Of a stretch of DNA of 64,000 bases, positions 9,911-19,561 are shown piece by piece. The notes under the pieces are model-generated. The model was given only the letters and a program-made list of their open reading frames with translations, did not search any database and was not told where the DNA came from. The number at the start of each line of letters is the position of its first letter. Position 1 is the stretch's first letter. The DNA is from Microgenomates group bacterium GW2011_GWF2_46_18 (GTDB lineage Bacteria; Patescibacteriota; Microgenomatia; UBA1400; UBA12108), in assembly GCA_001002415.1 (NCBI GenBank), contig LCMB01000001.1:33999-97998 (forward strand). The letters are read 5' to 3'. The position numbers and the translations under genes are program-made.

Positions 9911-10316
9911 GATATTCTCCACCGGCTTTTTTGATCGCGGCAATGGCGGAAGCCGAAGCCGGAACTTGCACGATAAGCTTTTTGGTAAGGGTACCATTAC
10001 CAACGATACGGCATTTGGCTTTGTGAGCGGAAAGAGTGGAAAGAGTCACGACTGTGCCGCTTTTTAATTTATCTAAGTCAGATAGAGTAAATGTTAATTT
10101 GGGAAGACGAGCGGTAAACAAAGCTTTGCCCCGCATAAAGGGAAGTCGCTTGAACCAGACCCAGGAACTACCGGTAAAGGAAAGACGGACACTCCCACGG
10201 CTTTTTTGGCCTTTTTGGCCTCGGCTACTGGTGTGACCACCTTTGCCTGAGCCATAGCCGTGACCGAGACGCTTGTTTTTGGAGGTGGTAAGTTTGGGTT
10301 GGGTGTGTAGTTTCAT
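9894..10316 (-). CDS. rplO: 50S ribosomal protein L15
   Basis: [12 protein letters not shown]...[13 protein letters not shown]...I.KAGG C-terminus. Confidence 0.95.
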   Translation of the reverse strand: MKLHTQPKLTTSKNKRLGHGYGSGKGGHTSSRGQKGQKSRGSVRLSFTGSSWVWFKRLPFMRGKALFTARLPKLTFTLSDLDKLKSGTVVTLSTLSAHKAKCRIVGNGTLTKKLIVQVPASASAIAAIKKAGGEYRAQDQ

Positions 10317-10321
10317 AAGGG

Positions 10322-10846
10322 TTAGTTTTTAGATTTTTGATTGGTTTGGCCGAGAGCAGTTTTGGTGGCCATGGTTTCGGTCATAGTTTTTAAAGCGTTA
10401 AAGGTGGCGGTCACGTTACTCATGGGATTGTTGGTTCCCAAGATTTTGGCAACGACGTCACGGACACCCGCAAGTTCCAGGATAGCACGAACGCTACCAC
10501 CAGCAATAACACCAGTTCCAGCGGGAGCGGGTTTGAGAATAAGTTTGGCGGCCCCGAACTTGATGCGGGTAATGTGGGGAAGAGTGCGATTGTCGACAAG
10601 CGGGACTTTGATGAGATTCTTTTTGCCACGACGGACACCTTTTTTGATCGCATTCATGACATCTTTGGCTTTTCCTAAAGCCATGCCAACCCGACCCTTG
10701 TGATCTCCCACAACCACCAGAGCGGTGAAACTCATTTTGTTGCCGCCTTTAGTTTTTTTGGTAACGCGAGAAATGCGGACAACTTTTTCATCAAATTCTT
10801 GAGGGGGTTTGTTGGCGGATTGAGAGCGATTATTGTTTCGTTGCAT
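10322..10846 (-). CDS. rpsE: 30S ribosomal protein S5
   Basis: RVTKKTKGG, PAPAGTGVIAGG. Confidence 0.98.
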   Translation of the reverse strand: MQRNNNRSQSANKPPQEFDEKVVRISRVTKKTKGGNKMSFTALVVVGDHKGRVGMALGKAKDVMNAIKKGVRRGKKNLIKVPLVDNRTLPHITRIKFGAAKLILKPAPAGTGVIAGGSVRAILELAGVRDVVAKILGTNNPMSNVTATFNALKTMTETMATKTALGQTNQKSKN

Positions 10847-10861
10847 AAAAAATCCTTAAAA

Positions 10862-11194
10862 TTAGAATGATAGACCAGCTTTCCTGGCAGCTTCGGCGAG
10901 AGCTTTAACCCTGCCATGATAACGATAACTACCACGGTCAAAAACCACTTCTCGGCATTTGGCGGCTAAAGCTTTTTGAGCGATTATTTCGCCGACAAGA
11001 GCGGCCTTGGCAAGTTTGGTGCCAGACAACTTTTGGTCCGAGGCCGAGGCTAAGGTTATCCCACGAGCATCATCAATAACCTGAGCCCAAATGTGTAAAT
11101 TGGAGCGAAAAACGCTCAACCTGGGGCGCGAGGAACCAGCCAGTTTTAGTCTGGTGCGGCGGCGACGAGAGAGGAGCGAAGCATTGTTGGTCAT
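10862..11194 (-). CDS. rplR: 50S ribosomal protein L18
   Basis: [23 protein letters not shown]. Confidence 0.98.
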   Translation of the reverse strand: MTNNASLLSRRRRTRLKLAGSSRPRLSVFRSNLHIWAQVIDDARGITLASASDQKLSGTKLAKAALVGEIIAQKALAAKCREVVFDRGSYRYHGRVKALAEAARKAGLSF

Positions 11195-11199
11195 AAGTT

Positions 11200-11751
11200 T
11201 TAGGCGGCAGCGGCAGTTTTGCCAGTTTTACCAGCTTTCTTTTTCACAACTTCACCTTCGTAACGGATACCTTTCCCCTTATAGGGTTCGGGTTTCCTGA
11301 AGGATCTAATTTCGGCGGCAACTTGACCGACGGCTTGTTTTTCAAAACCAGTGACGGAGATAAGATTGGTGCCTTCGACAGTTAAAGTTACTCCTACGGG
11401 AGGAGTATATTCGATTTCGTGAGAGAAACCTAGGGAGAGGACCAATTTGGGGCCAGCTAACCGAGCGCGGTAACCGGTTCCCACGAGCTCAAGTTTTTTG
11501 GAGTACCCCTCGGAAACTCCTTGGACCATGTTACTGATGAGGGAGCGGGTGGTGCCGTGCAAGGCTCGAACTGGTTTAGCCTCACTACTACGCTCACAAA
11601 GGAGGGTTTGATCCTGAATGGTTAGGGTGATACCAGATGGAAGGGTGTGGCTGAGGACACCTTTGGTTCCTTTGATCTCAACGACACGGCCAGTCAAAGT
11701 GGCAGTGACACCAGAGGGTAAAGTGATGGGGAGACGACCGATTTTGGACAT
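11200..11751 (-). CDS. rplF: 50S ribosomal protein L6
   Basis: [21 protein letters not shown]. Confidence 0.98.
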   Translation of the reverse strand: MSKIGRLPITLPSGVTATLTGRVVEIKGTKGVLSHTLPSGITLTIQDQTLLCERSSEAKPVRALHGTTRSLISNMVQGVSEGYSKKLELVGTGYRARLAGPKLVLSLGFSHEIEYTPPVGVTLTVEGTNLISVTGFEKQAVGQVAAEIRSFRKPEPYKGKGIRYEGEVVKKKAGKTGKTAAAA

Positions 11752-11754
11752 AAG

Positions 11755-12147
11755 TTAATAAAGTTCGGCGAGAACTTCTCCTCCTAATTTGGCTTTTCTG
11801 GCAGCTTTGTTGGACATAATCCCTTGGGAAGTAGAAATCAAGGAGATTCCCAGCCCGGATAAAACGGGACGAAGGGCAGTAGTTTTATGATAAATTCGGA
11901 CACCGGGTTTGCTAATTCGACGAGCAAAAGAGAGAGCGGGACGATCATTTGCATACTGGAGTTTGAGAACAAGAACTTTGTCGATCCCTTCGCCAGCAAC
12001 ATCAACTTTGGCGAGGTAGTTTTCGGTAACTAAAACTTTGGCCACTGCCAAACAGAGTTTGCTGTAGGGGAGTTTAACTTCGTCTTTCCTAATAGCGGAA
12101 GCATTTTTGATGCGAGTGAGCATGTCGCCGAGAGTATCTGTAACCAT
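11755..12147 (-). CDS. rpsH: 30S ribosomal protein S8
   Basis: DMLTRIKNA, ISKPGVRIY, STSQG, GGEV. Confidence 0.98.
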   Translation of the reverse strand: MVTDTLGDMLTRIKNASAIRKDEVKLPYSKLCLAVAKVLVTENYLAKVDVAGEGIDKVLVLKLQYANDRPALSFARRISKPGVRIYHKTTALRPVLSGLGISLISTSQGIMSNKAARKAKLGGEVLAELY

Positions 12148-12153
12148 AAATTT

Positions 12154-12339
12154 TTACCAACTAGCTTTGGTAACTCCGGGTATATTACCTTTATAAACGT
12201 TTTCGCGGAAGCAGAGACGGCAGAGACCGAACTGACGAAGATAGGCTTTGGAACGGCCACACAGCTTGCAGCGATTGTGAGAGCGCACCGAAAATTTGGG
12301 GGTTTTTTGACTTTTGAGAATAAGCGCAATACGAGCCAT
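12154..12339 (-). CDS. rpsN: 30S ribosomal protein S14, 61-aa Zn-binding type
   Basis: RCKLCGR...[20 protein letters not shown] at 12339. Confidence 0.97.
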   Translation of the reverse strand: MARIALILKSQKTPKFSVRSHNRCKLCGRSKAYLRQFGLCRLCFRENVYKGNIPGVTKASW

Positions 12340-12340
12340 A

Positions 12341-12904
12341 TTAATTTTCCTTTTCCAGTTTGGCAAACGGCATCCCGAGCGCAGTAAGAAGCTCTCGAGC
12401 ATCTTTGTCGTTTTTAGCTGAAGTTACAATCACGATTTCCAGGCCGTGAATTTTTTCGGTTTTACTATAATCAATCTCCGGAAAGATGATTTGTTCGGTA
12501 AGTCCGAGTGTATAGTTACCGGAGCCATCAAAGGCAGTGGTTTTGACCCCACGAAAGTCTTTGACTTGCGGAAGCACTATTCTACACAATTTATCGAGGA
12601 AATCAAACATTTTGCTGCCTCGCAGAGTCACCGAAACTCCAACGGGGTCGCCGGCACGGATTTTAAAGCCGGCAATGGATTGTTTGGCACCGCCCACTTT
12701 GGGTTGCTGACCAGTAATACTGGCGAGTTCACCCCGGGCAATTTCGACATCCTTGGTGGAAGTATCAGATTTTTTGATTCCCACGTTGACAATAACTTTG
12801 AGGGGGCGAGGAATGGCCATCAAGTTGGCAGATCCTAACGATTTACCCAGAGCTGGACGAATGGTTTGGGCAAAGCGTACTTGGAGGTTTGGATCAGTCG
12901 TCAT
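12341..12904 (-). CDS. rplE: 50S ribosomal protein L5
   Basis: [25 protein letters not shown]. Confidence 0.98.
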   Translation of the reverse strand: MTTDPNLQVRFAQTIRPALGKSLGSANLMAIPRPLKVIVNVGIKKSDTSTKDVEIARGELASITGQQPKVGGAKQSIAGFKIRAGDPVGVSVTLRGSKMFDFLDKLCRIVLPQVKDFRGVKTTAFDGSGNYTLGLTEQIIFPEIDYSKTEKIHGLEIVIVTSAKNDKDARELLTALGMPFAKLEKEN

Positions 12905-13203
12905 ATAGTTTTACCGGTTTTTTTGTTAATACGGACAACTTTGGATGCGGTGCGTTTGAGTCCAACCCGCACTGGTTTACCATCAACTAAAAGAGCGATT
13001 TTGGCAAAAGATAAGGGTCGCTCGATAGATTTAATCCCGCCTTCTTTGTTTTGGGTGGGTTTGATGTGACGTTTGTAGAGATTGACACCTTGGACTACCA
13101 CCAAATTAGCTTTGGTCATGATTTTGACAATGGGGCCGCTTTGACCTTTGTCCCGTCCGGAAGTTAGGATAACTTGGTCTCCCTTTTTAAATTTTTTGAT
13201 CAT
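12901..13203 (-). CDS. rplX: 50S ribosomal protein L24
   Basis: KKGDQV...GRDKG KOW motif. Confidence 0.96.
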   Translation of the reverse strand: MIKKFKKGDQVILTSGRDKGQSGPIVKIMTKANLVVVQGVNLYKRHIKPTQNKEGGIKSIERPLSFAKIALLVDGKPVRVGLKRTASKVVRINKKTGKTI

Positions 13204-13204
13204 A

Positions 13205-13576
13205 TTAGATTACCTCCGTGGCGAGAGACGCAATTTTGGCGAAACCGGCTTCTTTGACTTCACGCGCGATGGGACCGAAAACACGGGAAGCTAATGGATC
13301 TTTGGTTTTGGGATCGATCACGACGGCGGCATTATCATCAAAACGAATATAGGTGCCATCACTTCTTCTGGTTTCTTTGCGGGTACGAACGATGACGGCT
13401 TGGACTTTTTCACTATCTTTGACATAACCATTAGGATCGGCTTGGTCGACAACAACTTTGACAATGTCGCCCACATAGCCGAAACGGCGAGAAGAACCCC
13501 CATAAATATGGATGACACGAAGACGCTTGGCGCCGGAGTTGTCAGCGGGAGTGAGGACGGAGAGGAGTTGAATCAT
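13205..13576 (-). CDS. rplN: 50S ribosomal protein L14
   Basis: [25 protein letters not shown]. Confidence 0.99.
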   Translation of the reverse strand: MIQLLSVLTPADNSGAKRLRVIHIYGGSSRRFGYVGDIVKVVVDQADPNGYVKDSEKVQAVIVRTRKETRRSDGTYIRFDDNAAVVIDPKTKDPLASRVFGPIAREVKEAGFAKIASLATEVI

Positions 13577-13595
13577 AGTTGGTTATGAATAATGA

Positions 13596-13826
13596 TTATT
13601 TTTTGATAATTTGAGTAATAGTAAAACGCTTGCGAGCGGAGAGAGGGCGAGTCTCCTCTAGGGAAACTCGATCGCCCACTTGGGCTTTGTGGATATTTTC
13701 CACTAAGTATTTTTTGCTCCGACGGATGGCTTTGTGGTAAAGGGGATGTTTCCAGAGAGTTTCGACCACAACCACCGCACTAAGAGTATTTTTGGTGGAG
13801 ATAACAGTGCCAATTAATTGTCTCAC
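13596..13826 (-). CDS. rpsQ: 30S ribosomal protein S17
   Basis: HPLY.K, GD.V...ETRPLS..KRF. Confidence 0.96.
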   Translation of the reverse strand: MRQLIGTVISTKNTLSAVVVVETLWKHPLYHKAIRRSKKYLVENIHKAQVGDRVSLEETRPLSARKRFTITQIIKK

Positions 13827-14008
13827 TTGACTCCTTCTTGTAGTTGAGCGATTACACGGCGAAGATGTTTGGGAGCGCGCAGATTTTTTTGTTCACCGCG
13901 AGATTGCTTGAGTTTGGCGGTAGTTAGAGTAGCTTTGAGTTCGGCAATTTTGGCCCAAACAGCTTTGCTACCAAGTTTGATAAGTTCGCGACGTTCGTTC
14001 TTTTTCAT
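13823..14008 (-). CDS. rpmC: 50S ribosomal protein L29
   Basis: Position between rplP and rpsQ; basic helical 61 aa with RR.IA. Confidence 0.85.
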   Translation of the reverse strand: MKKNERRELIKLGSKAVWAKIAELKATLTTAKLKQSRGEQKNLRAPKHLRRVIAQLQEGVK

Positions 14009-14421
14009 ATAATCGCTCCTCTGACGACGAATTTGGTGATCATGGGTAGTTTGGAAGCGGCTTTGCGGAAAGCTTCTTTGGCGGTAGCTTCGTCGAGACT
14101 ACCAAGTTCAAAAATGATAACGCCTCGTTTGACGACAGCGGTGTAGTGGCTGATATCACCTTTACCAGAACCCATTTTACTGCCAGCGGCTTTGTGAGTC
14201 AGGGGTTTGTGGGGAAAGATTCTCAACCAAAGCTTGCCACCCCGTTTGGTGTGATGGGTGATGGTTCGACGGGCGGCTTCGATTTCGGCGGAAGTGACCC
14301 AGGAACTCTCGAGGGCTTTGAGGCCATAGTCGCCAAAAGCCACAGTGGCGCCACGAGTGGCGATTCCATCCATGGTGCCTCGGAATTCTTTGCGGTATTT
14401 GCGTTTTTTGGGTTGTAACAT
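14005..14421 (-). CDS. rplP: 50S ribosomal protein L16
   Basis: MLQPK..KYRK, IEAAR, MGSGKG. Confidence 0.99.
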   Translation of the reverse strand: MLQPKKRKYRKEFRGTMDGIATRGATVAFGDYGLKALESSWVTSAEIEAARRTITHHTKRGGKLWLRIFPHKPLTHKAAGSKMGSGKGDISHYTAVVKRGVIIFELGSLDEATAKEAFRKAASKLPMITKFVVRGAII

Positions 14422-14460
14422 ATTTATTGGTTTGTATAATTGAGAATTTAGAATTCAAAA

Positions 14461-15111
14461 TTACAAAGTTGCCTCTCCTTTGTAAATCCAAACTTTAATG
14501 CCGACATAACCGGAGCGGGTCAAGGATTTGACTTCGGCATAGTCGATATCGGAACGAAGAGTTTGGGTGGGAATACTCCCAATCGCATATTTTTCCTGAC
14601 GGCCAATTTCGGCGCCACCGATCCGACCGGAGATTTGAATTTTGATTCCTTTGGCTCCAGCGGCCATGACCCGTTCGTGAGCTTGGCTGATGGCACGACG
14701 GTGAGGATAGCGTTTGATTAATTGTTCAGAAATGCGTTCACCAACTAATTTGGCGGAGAGATCGGGGTTTTTGACTTCTTTGACATCGAGAGCCAGTTTG
14801 ACGGTGTTACTAACACCAATGTTTTTGAGGAATGCTTCAACTTCTTTTTTGAGCATTTCGAGATTGGCACCTCCGCGGCCAATGACAACCCCGGGCCGAG
14901 CGGCTTCGATAATCACGTGGATGGTATTGATGGAGCGTTCGACGCCGACACTAACAATACCAGCGAGAGCGAGACGGTGAAAGATAAATTTCTTGAGTTT
15001 AATATCCTGCAAAACAAATTTTTGGTAATCGCGTTTGGGCGCGAACCAAATAGAAGAAGCCTTATAGAGGATGCCTAGGCGGAAGCCAAAGGGATTAACT
15101 TTTTGTCCCAT
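14461..15111 (-). CDS. rpsC: 30S ribosomal protein S3
   Basis: MGQKVNP.GFRLG, RPGVVIGRGG, GIKVWIY; start moved to 15111. Confidence 0.98.
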   Translation of the reverse strand: MGQKVNPFGFRLGILYKASSIWFAPKRDYQKFVLQDIKLKKFIFHRLALAGIVSVGVERSINTIHVIIEAARPGVVIGRGGANLEMLKKEVEAFLKNIGVSNTVKLALDVKEVKNPDLSAKLVGERISEQLIKRYPHRRAISQAHERVMAAGAKGIKIQISGRIGGAEIGRQEKYAIGSIPTQTLRSDIDYAEVKSLTRSGYVGIKVWIYKGEATL

Positions 15112-15436
15112 GGGCCTCCTTGAGTTCAACTTTAATTTGAGCGGTTCGCTTCATAATGTGGTGAGCCATCCCTCGACTAACTGCGCGAAAGCGTTTGAAC
15201 GTAGCACCTTCACCGATATCAATGGTTTTGAAAGCGAGTTTTTCAATCGGAAGACCAAAGTTTTCTTTGGCATTACCAACGGCGGCTTTGATGGTTTTGG
15301 CAAGGGGAAGACTGGCGGCTTTGGGGGTAAATTTGAGATGAGCCAAAGCATCTTTGGGGGTAAGATGACGCACCGCGGCAGCAACGAGGCGAAGCTTGCG
15401 GGCGCTGGTACGAATATATTTTTGAGTAGATTGCAT
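15095..15436 (-). CDS. rplV: 50S ribosomal protein L22
   Basis: SARKLRLVA, KRF...RG....I.KRT. Confidence 0.97.
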   Translation of the reverse strand: MQSTQKYIRTSARKLRLVAAAVRHLTPKDALAHLKFTPKAASLPLAKTIKAAVGNAKENFGLPIEKLAFKTIDIGEGATFKRFRAVSRGMAHHIMKRTAQIKVELKEAHGTKS

Positions 15437-15442
15437 AAGTAG

Positions 15443-15727
15443 TTAAGTTTTGGATAAGACACGTTTAACAATTTTGCCGTGACCGTGGAAGGTTCGGGTA
15501 AGTGAAAACTCGCCCAATTTATGGCCAACCATGGCTTCGGAGACAAAAACTTCTTTAAAAACTCGACCATTGTGGACGAGGAAAGTATGGCCGACGAACT
15601 CGGGAGGAATACTACAATTCCGAGCCCAAGTTTGGATAGGTTTTTTGATACCACTAGTTTGCTGCTTGGTGACTTTGCCCAACAGCTTGGCATCAACATA
15701 TGGCCCTTTAATACTACTTCGACTCAT
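15443..15727 (-). CDS. rpsS: 30S ribosomal protein S19
   Basis: [22 protein letters not shown]. Confidence 0.99.
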   Translation of the reverse strand: MSRSSIKGPYVDAKLLGKVTKQQTSGIKKPIQTWARNCSIPPEFVGHTFLVHNGRVFKEVFVSEAMVGHKLGEFSLTRTFHGHGKIVKRVLSKT

Positions 15728-16555
15728 TTACTTAATTCTCCTGTCTTTAACAATATATTTGTTGGAGTATTTGGATCGACTGCGGGTTTTGTAACCCAAA
15801 GCCGGTTTACCCCAAGGAGTTTTGGGAGAGGGCATACCAATACCACTTCTCCCCTCACCACCACCATGGGGATGAGAATCGGGATGTTGAGCAATACCAC
15901 GGACAGTGGGACGCCAACCCATGTGGCGGCGGCGTCCGGCTTTGCCAATCTTGCGATTTTTGTGATCCAGATTAGAAACCTGGCCGATTGTAGCAAAACA
16001 GCTGTCTTTAATCAACCTAATTTCCCCTGAAGGGAGCTTGACGGTGGCAAAACCACCCTCTTTGGATTGGATGAGGGCTAAACCACCGGCGGAGCGGACA
16101 ATTTGGCCACCGCGACCGCTTTTGAGTTCGAGATTGTGGATAGGCATACCAATGGGGATTTTCTTAAGGGGAAGAGTATTACCAACCTTGGGTTCGGCAG
16201 TATCACTGGCAACAACAATAGCACCAACAACTAAACCGTCGGGAGCCAAAATATAGCGCTTTTCGCCGTCACGGTAAAAAAGAAGAGCAATGTTGGCGCT
16301 CCTATTCGGATCATATTCGATCGAATGAACTTTGGCTTCGACACCGGGTTTGTTGCGTTTATAGTCGATCAAACGATAGCGACGATCGGCTCCCCCACCC
16401 CGATGGCGGGTAGTGACGTGACCGTGGGCGTTGCGACCAGAATTTTTCTTGACTCTTTGAGTCAAAGATTTGTGGGGTTGACTGGCAGTTAGTCCTCGTT
16501 CGATATCAATTTTGTGACGGACACCACTACTGGTTGGTTTAGAGATTTTGAGCAT
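15728..16555 (-). CDS. rplB: 50S ribosomal protein L2
   Basis: [21 protein letters not shown]. Confidence 0.99.
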   Translation of the reverse strand: MLKISKPTSSGVRHKIDIERGLTASQPHKSLTQRVKKNSGRNAHGHVTTRHRGGGADRRYRLIDYKRNKPGVEAKVHSIEYDPNRSANIALLFYRDGEKRYILAPDGLVVGAIVVASDTAEPKVGNTLPLKKIPIGMPIHNLELKSGRGGQIVRSAGGLALIQSKEGGFATVKLPSGEIRLIKDSCFATIGQVSNLDHKNRKIGKAGRRRHMGWRPTVRGIAQHPDSHPHGGGEGRSGIGMPSPKTPWGKPALGYKTRSRSKYSNKYIVKDRRIK

Positions 16556-16558
16556 AGA

Positions 16559-16846
16559 TTAGGCCTTTTCTTTCAGATCAAACAGGGAAATGGTTTGACC
16601 AGCTTTAAGTTGAACCCTAGCATATTTGCCAACTTTGGCAGTTCCCTCCAGTCGACGGCTGCCGGTTTTTTTGGGGGTAAGGTGGGCACGGCGGGTGGTA
16701 ATTTTGAGGACGTTGACTTTGAACAAAGTCTCAACTTCTTGGCGGATTTGGGATTTGGAGGCTAGAGGGAGAACCGCAAAGGTAAAGACTCCACGGGAAG
16801 TGGCCTGGTGAGATTTTTCGGTGATGATGGGTTTAAGTAAAATCAT
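16559..16846 (-). CDS. rplW: 50S ribosomal protein L23
   Basis: P.ITEKS, F.V..ASK..I...VE.LF.V.V. Confidence 0.95.
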   Translation of the reverse strand: MILLKPIITEKSHQATSRGVFTFAVLPLASKSQIRQEVETLFKVNVLKITTRRAHLTPKKTGSRRLEGTAKVGKYARVQLKAGQTISLFDLKEKA

Positions 16847-16848
16847 AG

Positions 16849-17487
16849 TTATTTGCTCGTCGGGCCTTTAATGCGAGTAAGGATAGAAGTTAACGCCGGA
16901 AGAGTCATAATGACTTGGTCGTGAGCCAAGAGATCGTAGGCATTGACTAAGGAGGCCCGTTTCATGGTTACTCCTTGCAAGTTACGCACGGCACCAAAAA
17001 GAGAGGGGGCCGGAGCGAGAGTAACAAGGAGAACATCACGCTTGGGGTGCCCGACTACTGAGAGAAAATGAGCGGCTTGAGAGGTTTTGGTAGGAGCTTC
17101 TTTAACACCTTTCATCAGACTTAACTCACTGTCTTTGAGCTTGTTTAAGAGAGCAACTGAGAGGGCCCGGCGACGCATTTTCTTGGGAAGAACCAAGTTG
17201 GCGGGGCGGATCCCCTTGGGTCCATGAGCAATTCCACCACCGACAAAAATAGGGGCATATTTGGCTCCATGACGAGCATTACCGGTACCTTTTTGACGGT
17301 AAATTTTGCGGGTACTGCCAGCAACTTCGCCACGAGTCAAAACTTTGCTGGTTTTTTGATGAAAATTGGCTTGGTAGATGCGCAAAGCTTGAGCGAGCAA
17401 CGGAGAGTTATCACTACCCAAAACCTTGGGATCGAGTTCCTGAGGGGTTAATTCTTTGGCCTGGAGGTTGTAAACTTTGATTTTCAT
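16849..17487 (-). CDS. rplD: 50S ribosomal protein L4
   Basis: TRGEV.G..RK..RQKGTGNARHG, GGG.AHGP. Confidence 0.98.
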   Translation of the reverse strand: MKIKVYNLQAKELTPQELDPKVLGSDNSPLLAQALRIYQANFHQKTSKVLTRGEVAGSTRKIYRQKGTGNARHGAKYAPIFVGGGIAHGPKGIRPANLVLPKKMRRRALSVALLNKLKDSELSLMKGVKEAPTKTSQAAHFLSVVGHPKRDVLLVTLAPAPSLFGAVRNLQGVTMKRASLVNAYDLLAHDQVIMTLPALTSILTRIKGPTSK

Positions 17488-17494
17488 AGATTAA

Positions 17495-17938
17495 TTAAGC
17501 TTTTTTAACAGTGAGTCTGATGAGCGAACCGGTGTGCCCAGGAACGGAACCTTTGACGGTTAAGATCTTTTTGGTTTCGTCCAGAGCCAAAATAAGACTA
17601 TTTTTGATAGTGACATGAGCACTGCCCATCCGGCCTGACATATGTTTGCCTTTGTAGACTCTTCCAGGGGTAGTACCCTGACCGATAGAACCAGCGCGGC
17701 GCAGACGGTCTGATTGGCCATGAGTGCGGGGACCACCGGCGAAACCCCACTTCTTAACCACACCAGCTCGACCTTTGCCTTTGCTGACCCCCTGAAGGTC
17801 ACAGGAAGCCCCAATGGGGAAGAGTTCGGTCAAAGGGTCGGTTATGGCAGAAAGATCGATCAGGGTACTAGCGAAGCGAGTATCGCCTTGATAGAACTCA
17901 CGCATCCCGATTTTTTTGCCAAAAGAAATGTTTATCAT
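17495..17938 (-). CDS. rplC: 50S ribosomal protein L3, unusually short (147 aa)
   Basis: GKKIGM, SKGKG.AG.VK.WGF, THG, GRVYKGK.M.G, KGSVPG; between rpsJ and rplD. Confidence 0.95.
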   Translation of the reverse strand: MINISFGKKIGMREFYQGDTRFASTLIDLSAITDPLTELFPIGASCDLQGVSKGKGRAGVVKKWGFAGGPRTHGQSDRLRRAGSIGQGTTPGRVYKGKHMSGRMGSAHVTIKNSLILALDETKKILTVKGSVPGHTGSLIRLTVKKA

Positions 17939-17945
17939 GGAATCC

Positions 17946-18254
17946 TTACATCTTTACTTCAATTCCTACCCCGGCAGGGAGTTCGAGGTGCATCAAGGAA
18001 TCGATGGTTTTGCCGGTCGGACTAACAATATCGATTAAGCGTTTGTGAGTGAGGATTTGGAAGTGGTCGCGAGCATTTTTCTCAACGTGAGGAGAGGTTA
18101 AGACGGTAATTAAGCGGCGGCGAGTGGGGAGTGGAACGGGACCCACGATCCGAGCACCTGTGGCTGTAGCGGTATCGACAATCTTTTGCGCTGCCTCGTC
18201 GATGACGCGGTGGTCAAATGATTTGAGTTTGACTCGAATGCGGCCAGTGGCCAT
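17946..18254 (-). CDS. rpsJ: 30S ribosomal protein S10
   Basis: [18 protein letters not shown]. Confidence 0.99.
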   Translation of the reverse strand: MATGRIRVKLKSFDHRVIDEAAQKIVDTATATGARIVGPVPLPTRRRLITVLTSPHVEKNARDHFQILTHKRLIDIVSPTGKTIDSLMHLELPAGVGIEVKM

Positions 18255-18282
18255 ACGTTAGTCACCTTTCTATTTAACTATT

Positions 18283-18340
18283 AATGCGGCCCCGCCGAGG
18301 CGGGACCGCATTTTTTGCTCTATGGGGTTAACCCATGAGC
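18283..18340 (-). promoter_or_regulatory. Two tandem stem-loops in the tuf-rpsJ intergenic region
   Basis: AATGCGG-C-CCCGCC-GA-GGCGGG-A-CCGCATT (18283-18312) and GCTC-T-ATGGG-GTTAA-CCCAT-GAGC (18317-18340). Confidence 0.55.
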
Positions 18341-18356
18341 AGAATAAATGCCTCGT

Positions 18357-19553
18357 TTATTTGGAGTCGGGGAGGATTTTGGTAATGACTCCAGCTCCAA
18401 CGGTCTTGCCGCCTTCGCGAATGGCGAAGCGTAAACCTTCTTCCATCGCGACCGGAACGATCAATTTGACGGTCATTTTGGCGTTGTCGCCAGGCATAAC
18501 CATCTCAACTCCTTCGGGGAGTTTGATGTCACCGGTAATATCGGTAGTCTTGACGTAGAACTGAGGTTTGTAACCGGAGAAGAAAGGAGTATGACGTCCA
18601 CCTTCTTCTTTGGTTAAGACGTAAACCTCGGATTCGAAGTCGGTATGAGGTTTGATACTGCCGGGTTTGGCAATAACCTGACCGCGTTCGATATCATCTT
18701 TTTCGATGCCGCGCAAAAGAAGTCCGACGTTATCGCCAGCTTGGCCTTCTTCGAGTTGTTTTCTAAACATTTCGACACCGGTAATGACAGTTTTTTTGTC
18801 TTTACCCATGCCGACAACTTCCATTTCTTCGCCGATTTTGCACTTGCCGCGTTCGATTCTACCGGTTGCAACGGTTCCGCGACCCTTGATGGAAAAGACA
18901 TCTTCGACGGGCATTAAGAAGGGTTTGTCTAGATCTCGCTCGGGAGTCGGAATGTATTCATCGACTTTGTCCATGAGTTCGTAGATCTTTTTCTCCCACT
19001 CGGCATCACCTTCGATGGATTTTAGCGCGGAGACGCGAACAATCGGGATTTCGTCACCGGGATATTGGTATTTTTTCAAGAGATCGCGAATTTCCATCTC
19101 GACTAGATCGAGCAATTCGGGGTCATCAACCATATCACATTTATTGAGAGCCACCACAATTTTGGGAACGTTGACTTGGTGGGCCAAAAGAATGTGTTCA
19201 CGAGTCTGAGGCATGGGTCCATCGGTGGCGGCTACGACGAGGATCGCACCATCCATCTGAGCAGCACCAGTGATCATGTTTTTGATATAGTCAGCATGAC
19301 CTGGGGCATCGATGTGAGCGTAGTGACGTTTTTCGGTTTCGTATTCTTGGTGAGAAAGGTTAATGGTAACACCGCGTTGACGTTCTTCGGGAGCATTGTC
19401 GATATCGGCGTAAGATTTGGCTTCGGCTAGGCCTTTTTTGGCGAGAGCCGTGGTAATCGCCGCGGTCAGGGTGGTTTTGCCGTGATCGACGTGACCGATG
19501 GTTCCAATGTTGATGTGAGGTTTGTTACGAACGTATTTTTGGGCGTCGGCCAT
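18357..19553 (-). CDS. tuf: Elongation factor Tu
   Basis: [32 protein letters not shown]. Confidence 0.99.
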   Translation of the reverse strand: MADAQKYVRNKPHINIGTIGHVDHGKTTLTAAITTALAKKGLAEAKSYADIDNAPEERQRGVTINLSHQEYETEKRHYAHIDAPGHADYIKNMITGAAQMDGAILVVAATDGPMPQTREHILLAHQVNVPKIVVALNKCDMVDDPELLDLVEMEIRDLLKKYQYPGDEIPIVRVSALKSIEGDAEWEKKIYELMDKVDEYIPTPERDLDKPFLMPVEDVFSIKGRGTVATGRIERGKCKIGEEMEVVGMGKDKKTVITGVEMFRKQLEEGQAGDNVGLLLRGIEKDDIERGQVIAKPGSIKPHTDFESEVYVLTKEEGGRHTPFFSGYKPQFYVKTTDITGDIKLPEGVEMVMPGDNAKMTVKLIVPVAMEEGLRFAIREGGKTVGAGVITKILPDSK

Positions 19554-19561
19554 AGTGCTCC

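Noticed and set aside
9911..10003. N-terminal extensions in the ORF track (secY; also recX, rpsN, rpsC, nusA, hrcA, lepA, ruvX)
   Set aside because: They overlap upstream genes or promoters; downstream starts fit family lengths and SD or -10 positions
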